A DNA stretch of 45,371 bases from a virus (Duplodnaviria; Caudoviricetes), in the IMG/VR virus record IMGVR_UViG_3300017448_000026, positions 1 through 45,371 of that record; one strand, written 5' to 3'. Numbering within the stretch: position 1 is the first letter of the stretch; every line of letters begins with the position of its first letter. Shown here in pieces: positions 17,273 through 26,421 of the stretch. The position numbers were made by a program, and so were the translations under genes. The notes below the pieces were generated by a model, which was not told the origin of the DNA, ran no database searches, and saw only the letters and a program-made list of their open reading frames with translations.

Positions 17273-18124
17273 ATGGCATCAGCACAACTTTCCGTAGCCC
17301 TTCAACAAGCTCGAACATTCTTAAACGATACAAATGCTACCGTATGGACAGACGAAAATCTTATTCCGTCTATGCAGCAGGCGGACCAAGAATTACAGAT
17401 GCAGTTATGGAATATAGGCTCTCCTGTAGTTCGTCAAATAACTCCTCCTATTCCTGTGCCTGCTGGATATGGTATTGACATTACTGCATTACTTCCATCA
17501 GATTTTTTAATTCCTACTTTAGGATTTGAGTCTGGATTAGTGACGGCAGTTCTAACGTCAGTCGTTGTAAGTGGTCTTAATGCTACTTATGCTTATTCTT
17601 CTTCTGTAGGAACTCCTGTAGTTGGAGCATTAGTAAATATTACTGGATTTAGTACCCTTGGAAATAATGTAACTGGAGTTTATATTATCTCTGTAGTTCC
17701 TAATACGTCATTTACAGTGTTGGTTACGACACAGGTTAATGAGACTCATGCTGGAACTGCAAATATCTCAGATAATAATTGGATTCCTTTAACTGAGCAA
17801 TACTATCCTACTTTAGGATATATTGCTACGAGTACACTTACGTACTGGAATTGGAAGGATGAAAAATTATCATTTTCTGGTGTAACTGTGCCACGTCTAG
17901 TAGCTTTTCAATACAGACGTGAAATTCCTATTCCAGCAGCTGCAACAGATCCTATAGGAATCACTTTTGGAGAAATGTATCTTGGCGCTAGGGGAGCCGC
18001 AATTGCTGCTGGTGCTGTAGGAAACAGTGCAGTAGCTCAAATTCTTGATGGAGAAGCGAATAAGAATTTTAGTATGGTATTAACGGCAAATCGTGGGCAG
18101 CAAAAGCCAATTAACAAGCCTTAG
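17273..18124 (+). CDS. Head-tail adaptor-like protein with inserted beta domain
   Basis: ARTFLND...W...ADQELQ helical N-terminus, LPSDF, central insertion, helical C-terminus. Confidence 0.65.
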   Translation: MASAQLSVALQQARTFLNDTNATVWTDENLIPSMQQADQELQMQLWNIGSPVVRQITPPIPVPAGYGIDITALLPSDFLIPTLGFESGLVTAVLTSVVVSGLNATYAYSSSVGTPVVGALVNITGFSTLGNNVTGVYIISVVPNTSFTVLVTTQVNETHAGTANISDNNWIPLTEQYYPTLGYIATSTLTYWNWKDEKLSFSGVTVPRLVAFQYRREIPIPAAATDPIGITFGEMYLGARGAAIAAGAVGNSAVAQILDGEANKNFSMVLTANRGQQKPINKP

Positions 18125-18131
18125 GAGTTTT

Positions 18132-18590
18132 ATGACGGAAATAGGTCAAAACATAGACTCTTACATGAGCGTATGAATTAGAATGGCTTTATGAACGTGC
18201 AAAAACTATGTCTTCTATTGTAGAATTAGGCGCATGTAAAGGAAGAACTACATTTGCATTATGCACGTCCTCTTGTATACGCTGTGGACCACTTTCGTCT
18301 TGGAAATCTACGCGAATTTAATGAAAATACTAAAAATTTCACAAATTTAGTTACTATACCCACAACCGCAAAATTAGCCGCGAACATGGTTGAAGAAGCC
18401 CTTTATTGATGCTTGTCATGAATATGATTTCGTTATGGAAGACTTAAAACTTTGGGAACCTAAAGCGAAGAAACTAATTTGTGGTCATGATTATGACATA
18501 GGTCCGTATTTTGGTGTAGTTCTAGCAACTGACGAGTATTTTGGTAAGAAGCCTAATTTATTTGAAAGAATTTGGTACATAGAAAAATAA
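18132..18590 (+). pseudogene. Class I SAM-dependent methyltransferase (Methyltransf_24-like) broken by three frameshifts
   Basis: Fragments MTEIGQNIDSYMS / ELEWLYERAKTMSSIVELGACKGRTT / LVYAVDHF / FIDACHEY...GHDY lie in successive frames; AGGAG RBS at start. Confidence 0.8.
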
Positions 18591-18591
18591 A

Positions 18592-20319
18592 ATGCCTTTT
18601 CCCGGATTTCAAGATTACATCAACGGTTTAATCGAAACGATGCTCGCGGCTCAGAGCCAAATTATAGGAACCCCTCCTATTATCTTCAAAACTACTCAAC
18701 ACCTTCCAGGAAATTTAAATTGGGTAAATGTTGGAATAAATGTATTAAATCCACTTGCACCTTATGGAAGTCCTAGAGCGTGTACATTTAATAACATTAC
18801 AGCAATGAATATGTACACGGATGCGCTCATTCGTGCAGGAACACAAGGGATTGACATAAATTTCGATCCGATGGCGCTAACGGCTGCGTCGCAGTATACA
18901 GGTAGCATACCTACAACTTCATGGTGGGAAGGAACATTACAAAATTATGATGGAATGTTTGCTTATGCGGCTGCGAAAGGATTGCGAGTAACCTTACGTC
19001 CTAAACCTGATAATGCGGTAATTTATGGAAATATAACTCTTGCATCTCAATTCAATGCAATTTATACTCCGCTACTTGTCGCAGCCGCTGAACGTTGGGG
19101 AAGTATTCTTTATTCTCTAACACTTGCACATGAATTTATTGGAGGATTCTCTTCTGCAGTTCCATTTACTGTAACTGTACCTTTTGCAAATTCTTATCTT
19201 CAATTCGCCTCAGCTGCAATTAAAGCTGTTGCGCCAAGTTTAAAGTTATCCGCAGCAGCAGAAACTCAATTCGCGGCCGACGGGAATTTCTTTGAAATGT
19301 TCGTTGGACGTGGGCCTAATCCTTTACCACCTGGAGTGTTAGATTTAGTTGGCGTAGATTTATACGCTTCACAAAGTGACATTACACAATACGACGCAAT
19401 AACTTTAGCAACAGCCACACAATGGGCAATTTGGGCTGCGACTGCTGGTTTACCAATTAGAACAGAAGAAGGAGTTAGACCACCTTGGGTTCTTGCCGGA
19501 CAAATTCCTGAAGAAGCTAATGCAATTTTAGGTGCAGGATATATTGCTTGGGGAAATTCTGGGGCTAATGATATTTGGTTAACTGTAATTGTCCCTTGGT
19601 TATCAAGTCATGATTACATTAGTTTTGCACTGTTTGATGCAGAAATTTTAATTTGGTATACTTCAGACGCATCGCAGTCTAATGTTATAACTAGTCAATA
19701 TCCATTAAATTTGATGGCTCAATTGGGCGGAAACACTCAAACAGCAGTAACTTTTGAAGACTTACAGAAAGGAAACACTGGCATGGCTACATATACGATT
19801 ACCAACGATCCAACTGGAGCTTTTTTAGCGTTCTTTACGAACCTAGCTAGCTTCATTAGTACAAATCCTGGAACAATTCCTACAATGGAATTATCCGCTC
19901 CTGGGGGTTATCCTCCTGTCGGTGTAATTCTTCCTGGTGCGGCTTCTGGAGGAAATGTTGAGGATTTTGTACTTTATCCTTCTGGCGGTGGGATTGTTGC
20001 AGGAACTGCACAGCCTGCTCCTAATGCGCCTACGATTACAGTTTCGTCATCAGGAGGAACAAATAATCGTTTCGTAATCACTGGGGATACAAATGGATTA
20101 TTTGTTGGTTACTTTGCAGCTTTGACTGCATTTATTAACCAAAATTGGGCAGTTCCTGAAACTATGGAACTTTCTGTTCCTGGTGGTGCGCCTGGTACAG
20201 GAGCTGGATTATTGGCAACAGGATCTGAGGTGCAGGATTTTGCATCTACTAAGACTTATTTTGGTCAAAGTTCTGCGTTTCCTATTCCTGCTTCTGCTCC
20301 TGTAATTACGGTGAGTTAA
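18592..20319 (+). CDS. Glycoside-hydrolase-like TIM-barrel protein fused to a tandemly duplicated C-terminal domain
   Basis: YAAAKGLRVTL, LAHEF, DLVGVDLY, LPIRTEEG resemble clan GH-A strand ends; two C-terminal repeats (TMELSxPGG...APxITVS). Confidence 0.55.
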   Translation: MPFPGFQDYINGLIETMLAAQSQIIGTPPIIFKTTQHLPGNLNWVNVGINVLNPLAPYGSPRACTFNNITAMNMYTDALIRAGTQGIDINFDPMALTAASQYTGSIPTTSWWEGTLQNYDGMFAYAAAKGLRVTLRPKPDNAVIYGNITLASQFNAIYTPLLVAAAERWGSILYSLTLAHEFIGGFSSAVPFTVTVPFANSYLQFASAAIKAVAPSLKLSAAAETQFAADGNFFEMFVGRGPNPLPPGVLDLVGVDLYASQSDITQYDAITLATATQWAIWAATAGLPIRTEEGVRPPWVLAGQIPEEANAILGAGYIAWGNSGANDIWLTVIVPWLSSHDYISFALFDAEILIWYTSDASQSNVITSQYPLNLMAQLGGNTQTAVTFEDLQKGNTGMATYTITNDPTGAFLAFFTNLASFISTNPGTIPTMELSAPGGYPPVGVILPGAASGGNVEDFVLYPSGGGIVAGTAQPAPNAPTITVSSSGGTNNRFVITGDTNGLFVGYFAALTAFINQNWAVPETMELSVPGGAPGTGAGLLATGSEVQDFASTKTYFGQSSAFPIPASAPVITVS

Positions 20320-21029
20320 TGTCCTTTCCAGGATATAATCCGAACGATGCACTGATTTCTCAAGTTGCTTTATCAACACGTAATTATTTAAACGATGTTG
20401 ATGGAATAACTTGGACTGATGCGCATTTAATGCCTTGTATTCAGGAAGCACACCGTGAACTACAAGAGCATTTATCTCTCAACGATATTGCAGTGGTTCG
20501 CAATCAGGTAAGTAATTCTGGATCCTCCCCAGGACTTCATATTGTTGCAGGAACTTATAGTTTAATTGCAGCAGGATTGATGCCGAAGGATTTACTTGAA
20601 CCTATTGCAATAAGTGAGAGAGATTGGGGAGATACTACTCCTGAGGATTATATTGGTCTTGAGAGATTACCGTTTTTACCGAACTATAGCAGCAACAACT
20701 TTTTGTATTTCTGGACTTGGTTGAATGAAGATATTCAATTTATTCCGGCTACAACGGATAGGGATATTCAACTGCGTTATAGAAGCTCAATTACTACGCC
20801 GTTGAACATGAACTCGTCTGTAGGATTTTTACGAGGAGAACTTTATATTGGCCCGCGAGCCGCATCTCTTTGTTGTTTAATCACGAAAGATTTCAAATCT
20901 CATGATAGGTTTAGAGAAATTGCAGATAAGAACTTAGACATTGTAATTCGATCAAATGTCAAAAATGATCAAGGCGTCGGAGTTCGTAGGCGTGCTTATA
21001 GAAGGATTGGCCGTGTTAGAGTTTATTAA
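20319..21029 (+). CDS. Head-tail adaptor-like protein
   Basis: RNYLNDVDGITWTD...AHRELQ, MPKDL, IQLRYR; paralog of 17273. Confidence 0.65.
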   Translation: MSFPGYNPNDALISQVALSTRNYLNDVDGITWTDAHLMPCIQEAHRELQEHLSLNDIAVVRNQVSNSGSSPGLHIVAGTYSLIAAGLMPKDLLEPIAISERDWGDTTPEDYIGLERLPFLPNYSSNNFLYFWTWLNEDIQFIPATTDRDIQLRYRSSITTPLNMNSSVGFLRGELYIGPRAASLCCLITKDFKSHDRFREIADKNLDIVIRSNVKNDQGVGVRRRAYRRIGRVRVY

Positions 21030-21040
21030 GTGAGGGAACA

Positions 21041-21334
21041 ATGAAATACGGATTTTTAGCAGCTTGTATGATGCACGTTGAAGGTTATTATTCTACTAAA
21101 TCACTTGCATTTAAGAATAATAATCCTGGAAACATCGAACACAATGGGCAGTATCGTAGGTATCCTGATAAGTTATCTGGGTATACTGCATTGATAAGCG
21201 ATATAACTCTAAATGCAGGAACTCCTTTACAACATTTTATTGCCAAATATGCTCCTCCAACTGAGAATAATACTAGCCTATATCTTCAAATAGTTTGTGA
21301 ATTAACTGGAATGAAACCTAATGATGTGTTGTAA
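21041..21334 (+). CDS. Small lysozyme-like/peptidoglycan hydrolase candidate
   Basis: HVEG, NNNPGNI and KYAPPTENNTSLY motifs. Confidence 0.6.
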   Translation: MKYGFLAACMMHVEGYYSTKSLAFKNNNPGNIEHNGQYRRYPDKLSGYTALISDITLNAGTPLQHFIAKYAPPTENNTSLYLQIVCELTGMKPNDVL

Positions 21335-21858
21335 TGCCCACTCCTTTCAAAGTCGTTACTGGTACGGAAATCCTACCGAAGCAACCTTTCAATAGTCTTT
21401 ATCAACACGTAATTCAACGTGATCCTAAACTCCATGAAACTTTAGATCGTCTTGCAGAACCGCCAAATTTAACTTCTAATTTGGCTAATCCTCTTCAAGT
21501 TTTAACATTTGGGTTAGGAAACCCAGCAACTAACGATACTACTCCTTGGGTTACAGTACTTTCTAACGATCCGACAGATATAACACAGTATTTCTTGTTA
21601 GCATTAACTGGATCAGTCAGAGTTACTTCAAGTACAGACATTAAATTAGATATTCAAGTATCACATAATTTTGGTGTAAACTTTATTTCATTATTAAACT
21701 CAAACTTTGTTATTTCCGCTGGTAATCATGTTCCGGTTAATGAAATAATCACTTTTGCAGACGGCGCATATTTGCGAAACTTAGATTTAGTTTATATGAA
21801 ATTTATATCTGCAGCATTTAATGGTGCTGATATAAACGTTAGTTTGATGTTCCAATAA
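21334..21858 (+). CDS. Putative tail protein
   Basis: Helical N-terminus and beta C-terminus, in the tail region. Confidence 0.6.
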   Translation: MPTPFKVVTGTEILPKQPFNSLYQHVIQRDPKLHETLDRLAEPPNLTSNLANPLQVLTFGLGNPATNDTTPWVTVLSNDPTDITQYFLLALTGSVRVTSSTDIKLDIQVSHNFGVNFISLLNSNFVISAGNHVPVNEIITFADGAYLRNLDLVYMKFISAAFNGADINVSLMFQ

Positions 21859-21859
21859 A

Positions 21860-22453
21860 ATGGCAATAAATTTATATCAACGTAATTCAGGAGTTTCAAA
21901 TACCTTATCATACTTAGCTCCTAATGTATGTGGGCAAATGGGAATAATCTTTGTAGGAATACGAGCTGGTATTATACCTTCAAGCGTAACTGATACAAAT
22001 AATAATTTGTGGGTTTTAGTAAATAGTACAAGTACAAATGTGGGGGATGTAGCATTTTTCATTTGTTTATCACTTGTTGCTGGTGTCAACACTGTAACCG
22101 TAAACGGAACCTCGGCGGCAGCTAATTTCATCCTGACTGAGTTTACAGCTCCTATTGGAGTGCAAACATTAAACGGACCCCAAAATGTTGGAAATGATTT
22201 TACGTCATTAGCAAGTTATTTCAATTCGAGTTCATCGTTTCAACACGTATTACTAGTTGGAAGTTTTGCAAATGCTGGAAATCCTACTTGGTCTTGTTCA
22301 GCGACTATTGTGGATCAAACTCATGATAGTATAAATAATAATTCCACTGTACTTGCTATGCTAAGTTCTTCAGCAGCATTAAATACGATTACGTTTACCG
22401 CAACACCGACGCAAAGTAGTGCATTTATTTTAGGATTAGTGTTAAACGGATGA
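21860..22453 (+). CDS. Beta-rich tail/fibre-associated protein
   Basis: [10 protein letters not shown] and AGVNTVTV motifs; related to the next gene. Confidence 0.6.
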   Translation: MAINLYQRNSGVSNTLSYLAPNVCGQMGIIFVGIRAGIIPSSVTDTNNNLWVLVNSTSTNVGDVAFFICLSLVAGVNTVTVNGTSAAANFILTEFTAPIGVQTLNGPQNVGNDFTSLASYFNSSSSFQHVLLVGSFANAGNPTWSCSATIVDQTHDSINNNSTVLAMLSSSAALNTITFTATPTQSSAFILGLVLNG

Positions 22454-23415
22454 GTGGATATGTACAATCAGGTTCAGCAGTAAATTTTACGCCTTCTCCG
22501 GGCGGTTCTGTAACCTTAACTGGAGTTACTGCTGGAAATTATATTCTTACTTACTTGGCCGCGCGTGTTAATGGAGGAACTATTGGATCTCCAGTAGTAA
22601 ATGACACGCAATCCAATTCATATTCTGAAGTAGGAAGACCAATTTATTATAGTAATGTAGGATCGTCTTTACATATTGCAAAAATTGGAAGTTCAGGAAC
22701 GCTAACCGTAACTGTTAGTGGATATAATGGATTAGGTCAAGGAGGAGCAAGTTTTATTGTTGCTGAATACAGCGCGACCAAGCTTTTCGCGCTGAATAAT
22801 ATTGATTTAGGAGGTTATACTGGAAGTCATGTAGTAAGCGTAACATTTGCAGGATCTCCTGATGGACAACAAGTTAAAAATTCTATGTCTCTAACTACAG
22901 GAGATAATAAATACAATCAAGTTTGCGGAGTTGTTGTATTAGATCAATTTACTGATATTAAACCAATTGTTTTTGCTTACGAAAATATAGGAGGAGGATC
23001 TGTTCCTACTTGGTCTAGTACATCCAATATAAGAACATTTACAAATGAAAGTCCTGGTGGACAAACTGGAACTGCTGTACTTATTGACAATCAATTTAGT
23101 TATGATAACTTGGTTCTTTCAGGAACTCCTGGTGCAGGAAGTATAGGAACTGCTTATTCGTTTACTTTTACGGCAATTGGGGGGGCTACACCGTATACAT
23201 TTGCACTGGGGGGTTCTTTACCTCCAGGATTAAGTTTAAATACTTCTACGGGAACTATTTCCGGTACTCCGACTACAGCAGGAACATATAGTTTTGGAGT
23301 AGTTTTAACTGATTCATCAGGACCACCTGCATTATCTAGTTCAATTTGTACTAGTATTACAATTGGATGTCCGAGTGCGTCTTCAAGTAATTATGCGTAT
23401 TATGCAAGGTCTTAA
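22450..23415 (+). CDS. Tail-associated protein with C-terminal putative Ig (He_PIG-like) domain
   Basis: GGATPYTF...[28 protein letters not shown]; VNDTQSNSY motif shared with the previous gene. Confidence 0.75.
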   Translation: MSGYVQSGSAVNFTPSPGGSVTLTGVTAGNYILTYLAARVNGGTIGSPVVNDTQSNSYSEVGRPIYYSNVGSSLHIAKIGSSGTLTVTVSGYNGLGQGGASFIVAEYSATKLFALNNIDLGGYTGSHVVSVTFAGSPDGQQVKNSMSLTTGDNKYNQVCGVVVLDQFTDIKPIVFAYENIGGGSVPTWSSTSNIRTFTNESPGGQTGTAVLIDNQFSYDNLVLSGTPGAGSIGTAYSFTFTAIGGATPYTFALGGSLPPGLSLNTSTGTISGTPTTAGTYSFGVVLTDSSGPPALSSSICTSITIGCPSASSSNYAYYARS

Positions 23416-23561
23416 TGCATTGTACTTATTGTGGATCTAAAGAACATGAAATTAAATATTGCCCAAAAACTTGGAATGGGCAAGGAAATTTAAATGCACG
23501 AAAATGCGAGTATTGTGGTAGTAAAGATCATGAATATAAAAATTGTCCTAAACTAAAATAA
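23415..23561 (+). CDS. 48-aa protein with two CCHC zinc knuckles
   Basis: [48 protein letters not shown]; two C-x2-C-x4-H-x4-C motifs; TAATG coupling. Confidence 0.85.
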   Translation: MHCTYCGSKEHEIKYCPKTWNGQGNLNARKCEYCGSKDHEYKNCPKLK

Positions 23562-23562
23562 T

Positions 23563-25740
23563 ATGGCCTTACCTGAAGATAAAGTAATCGAATTAACGCA
23601 ATTCAATGGAATATGGGCTAGAGGAAATCCTGACGAGGTTCCTCAGGATCATATGATTGATTGTCAGAATTTTGCGCTTGTATCTAAAGGAAAATGCATC
23701 ACACGTAATGGATTAAATTCTTTTCAAGCTGTAGTTTCAGCAAATGGTCATGTTACAACTTTTTTTGAGTCTACTATTTTGCCTGCTCCAATTGCAACGG
23801 ATTCCGTTACAGCTTTTAATTGGCTTTATTTAGATGATACAGGAACTCTTTACTCAACAACAGGCGGTTCGTTAACAGCTTTAGGTGCGGGTGCCGATTT
23901 TACCTCATTAAATATGTTCAATCGGACATTCGTTAGCCCGTACTTTGGAAGAATGGGTAGTAAGCAAGGCTATCTTCAAATTTATTATAATTACAATAAC
24001 ACGTTTATTCTACGTCGTGCCGCAGGACCTGCGCCTAGAGAGGATAGTGCAATTTTCGCAGCCGCGAATACAGGAACTACCGGAAATACTCCAATAGGAG
24101 TTCATCAATATGCAGTGATTTACCAAACTGATACAGGATTCTTAACTAGCCCAGGACCAAAACTTAAACAGACTGGACCGTTTACAGTTACTCCTGGAAA
24201 TCCTACAATAATTGCTTCGGCTACAGCAATAGGAGAGGCTCCTGATTTAATTACTGGAAACTCTATCGAGATAAGGGGGGCTACTGGAGCTTGGTTAGCA
24301 ATAAATGACTTCTGGAATGTTACTGTTCTCAATCCATTTCAGATATCCATTCCACTTGATAGCTCAGGATTCGGAGCTTTTACAGGGGCGTTAATTTTCT
24401 ACGGAATCTTTACGCCGGCGAGTCTTAATGCAGACGGTGTACATACAGTACAGCTTACTAACATTCCAACAGGACCAAGTTATGTCGTACAAAGACAAAT
24501 TATTGCAACTCAAGCTGGCGGTACAGAATTTTTCTTCATACCGAACGGCACAATTTATGATAACACTACCACAACTTTCGACGTTGATTTTTTTGATACT
24601 GATCTTGTCATTTCTGCTGATTATCTCTTCGATCTTATGGAGGTAATTCCTGGAGGAACTGGTCTTTGTCAGTATAATGGACGTCTTGTTATTGCAGGTG
24701 CATTCTTTTATTCTCAAACTGCACTTTTATCTGACGTATCTAATCCAGAAAGTGTTAATTCTGTATCAGATTTCGTTCCTATTCCAATTGAAAATGATGG
24801 AAATAACTTAGTTGGATGTGGAATCTTGCGAAACATACTTTATTTATTTAGAGAAGTAGGATTCTGGAGTACTCAAGATAATGGAGGTGATCCTTCTACT
24901 TGGCCGGTAACGGTTACGGATTTAACTATTGGTTCTTATCAGAAAGGATTGTGTGGTTTTACAACAAATCAAACAGGCGCGTCGGATACTGGGGATATAT
25001 TACTAATCTCTGCGCGTGAAGGTTTGTATATTTTCGATGGAACTGTTCGTCGTCCTGAGCTCAGTTTCAAAATTCAAGACATTTGGAGCCAAATACCAGT
25101 TGCAGTAGGCGCAGGTGGATTCATAAATGTTCAAGTTACACAATCTGTATGGACGCATCAATTATTTATTTCTTACCCGTCTACACCAACGAGTTTATAC
25201 GCTGACGCATTATTAGTTGGAGACTATGACCCCGTTCCAGGTGTATTAGATCCAATTGGAATAAGATGGAGCAAATGGCAATTTCCTTGGACCCCTACGG
25301 CAATTAAAACAGGAGACAATCTATATGTTGCAAGCGTACAAAATAATCCTGGATTCATTTTTAAAATAGATCCAACGCAATTAAATGACTTCGGTTCACA
25401 TGCGATAAATTGTTATCTTGAGACTTACTTAGCAACAGTTTTGCCTGGATGGGTTAACTTCTTTAAAGCATTTCGTCTTCGTATAAACGGCAACGGAACT
25501 TGTAGCATTACACTATCCGGAGAGGATGGTGTATTGGTACAGAATACTCCTGCCACAAATTATATTTTAAATACACTACAGAATTTAACTGGTGCAAAAG
25601 GTCAAGAAATACTTCAACTCATTAACTTTGTTAATGAAAAGATGAGTATGAAAATTGGCACTTACGGTCTTAATTACTACATGAATCTTAATCGTGTAGA
25701 AATTTTTGCATTACCAAGATGGCAGATGCGTCCAGGTTAA
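23563..25740 (+). CDS. Tail nozzle/tubular protein B-like (beta-propeller)
   Basis: 725 aa; N-terminal FNGI...DCQN...TRNG, YNGRLVIAG, SDVSNPES; lies before the ejection-like genes. Confidence 0.72.
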   Translation: MALPEDKVIELTQFNGIWARGNPDEVPQDHMIDCQNFALVSKGKCITRNGLNSFQAVVSANGHVTTFFESTILPAPIATDSVTAFNWLYLDDTGTLYSTTGGSLTALGAGADFTSLNMFNRTFVSPYFGRMGSKQGYLQIYYNYNNTFILRRAAGPAPREDSAIFAAANTGTTGNTPIGVHQYAVIYQTDTGFLTSPGPKLKQTGPFTVTPGNPTIIASATAIGEAPDLITGNSIEIRGATGAWLAINDFWNVTVLNPFQISIPLDSSGFGAFTGALIFYGIFTPASLNADGVHTVQLTNIPTGPSYVVQRQIIATQAGGTEFFFIPNGTIYDNTTTTFDVDFFDTDLVISADYLFDLMEVIPGGTGLCQYNGRLVIAGAFFYSQTALLSDVSNPESVNSVSDFVPIPIENDGNNLVGCGILRNILYLFREVGFWSTQDNGGDPSTWPVTVTDLTIGSYQKGLCGFTTNQTGASDTGDILLISAREGLYIFDGTVRRPELSFKIQDIWSQIPVAVGAGGFINVQVTQSVWTHQLFISYPSTPTSLYADALLVGDYDPVPGVLDPIGIRWSKWQFPWTPTAIKTGDNLYVASVQNNPGFIFKIDPTQLNDFGSHAINCYLETYLATVLPGWVNFFKAFRLRINGNGTCSITLSGEDGVLVQNTPATNYILNTLQNLTGAKGQEILQLINFVNEKMSMKIGTYGLNYYMNLNRVEIFALPRWQMRPG

Positions 25741-25744
25741 TTTT

Positions 25745-26056
25745 ATGATATTCAAAGTAGCGCTGTGGTTAATGACAATTCCAGCTTTATTGTTATCAAT
25801 AGGGAACGAATATATTCCTGTTTGGGTAGCTTTAGTTTCAGGATTACCTTCTATAGTTGCGGCAATTCTAGGATATATGAATAAAAGATCCATATCTATA
25901 ACTGCACAACATGTTGTAGAAACTAAAGAGAGAATGAAAACCCTAGAAGATAACACTAATTGTAAGATGGATAAACTCTTAGAAGTCTCTAATAAAGCTG
26001 AATTTGCAAAAGGTTTACTTGAAGGAAAAGAAAAACGTGAAAATTCGAAAGATTGA
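25745..26056 (+). CDS. Membrane protein, holin-like candidate
   Basis: Two hydrophobic segments followed by a charged coiled-coil tail. Confidence 0.5.
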   Translation: MIFKVALWLMTIPALLLSIGNEYIPVWVALVSGLPSIVAAILGYMNKRSISITAQHVVETKERMKTLEDNTNCKMDKLLEVSNKAEFAKGLLEGKEKRENSKD

Positions 26057-26420
26057 AAAATCGGATATTCCTGAACTTCTTAGGATTCATAAGGAATTCT
26101 TTGATTACTTTCCTTTTCCTAATCTTGATGATCCAATTTGTGCATTTCAATGGGTTGTTGTCGATGACACTAGCAAGATCGTACTAGCGTCCGTAATTAG
26201 ATTAACTGCCGAAGCAATATTCTTAACTGATAAAAACTTGTCGAATATAAAACGAGCTAAAGCAATCAAACTGATAAATGATGAGAAATTTGATGAGGTG
26301 ATGAATTTTGGTTTGGAAGATTTAATTGCATTTGCTGAGAAAGCAAATAAGTATCCTAATATTTTAACTAAGTTAGGTTGGGTTAAACGTCCTGGAGTAG
26401 CAATGGCAAGGGGGAAATAA
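26037..26420 (+). CDS. GNAT-fold-like protein (podoviral assembly position)
   Basis: GTG start, MKIRKIEKSDIPELLRI...LTKLGW; between nozzle and ejection genes. Confidence 0.55.
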   Translation: MKIRKIEKSDIPELLRIHKEFFDYFPFPNLDDPICAFQWVVVDDTSKIVLASVIRLTAEAIFLTDKNLSNIKRAKAIKLINDEKFDEVMNFGLEDLIAFAEKANKYPNILTKLGWVKRPGVAMARGK

Positions 26421-26421
26421 C

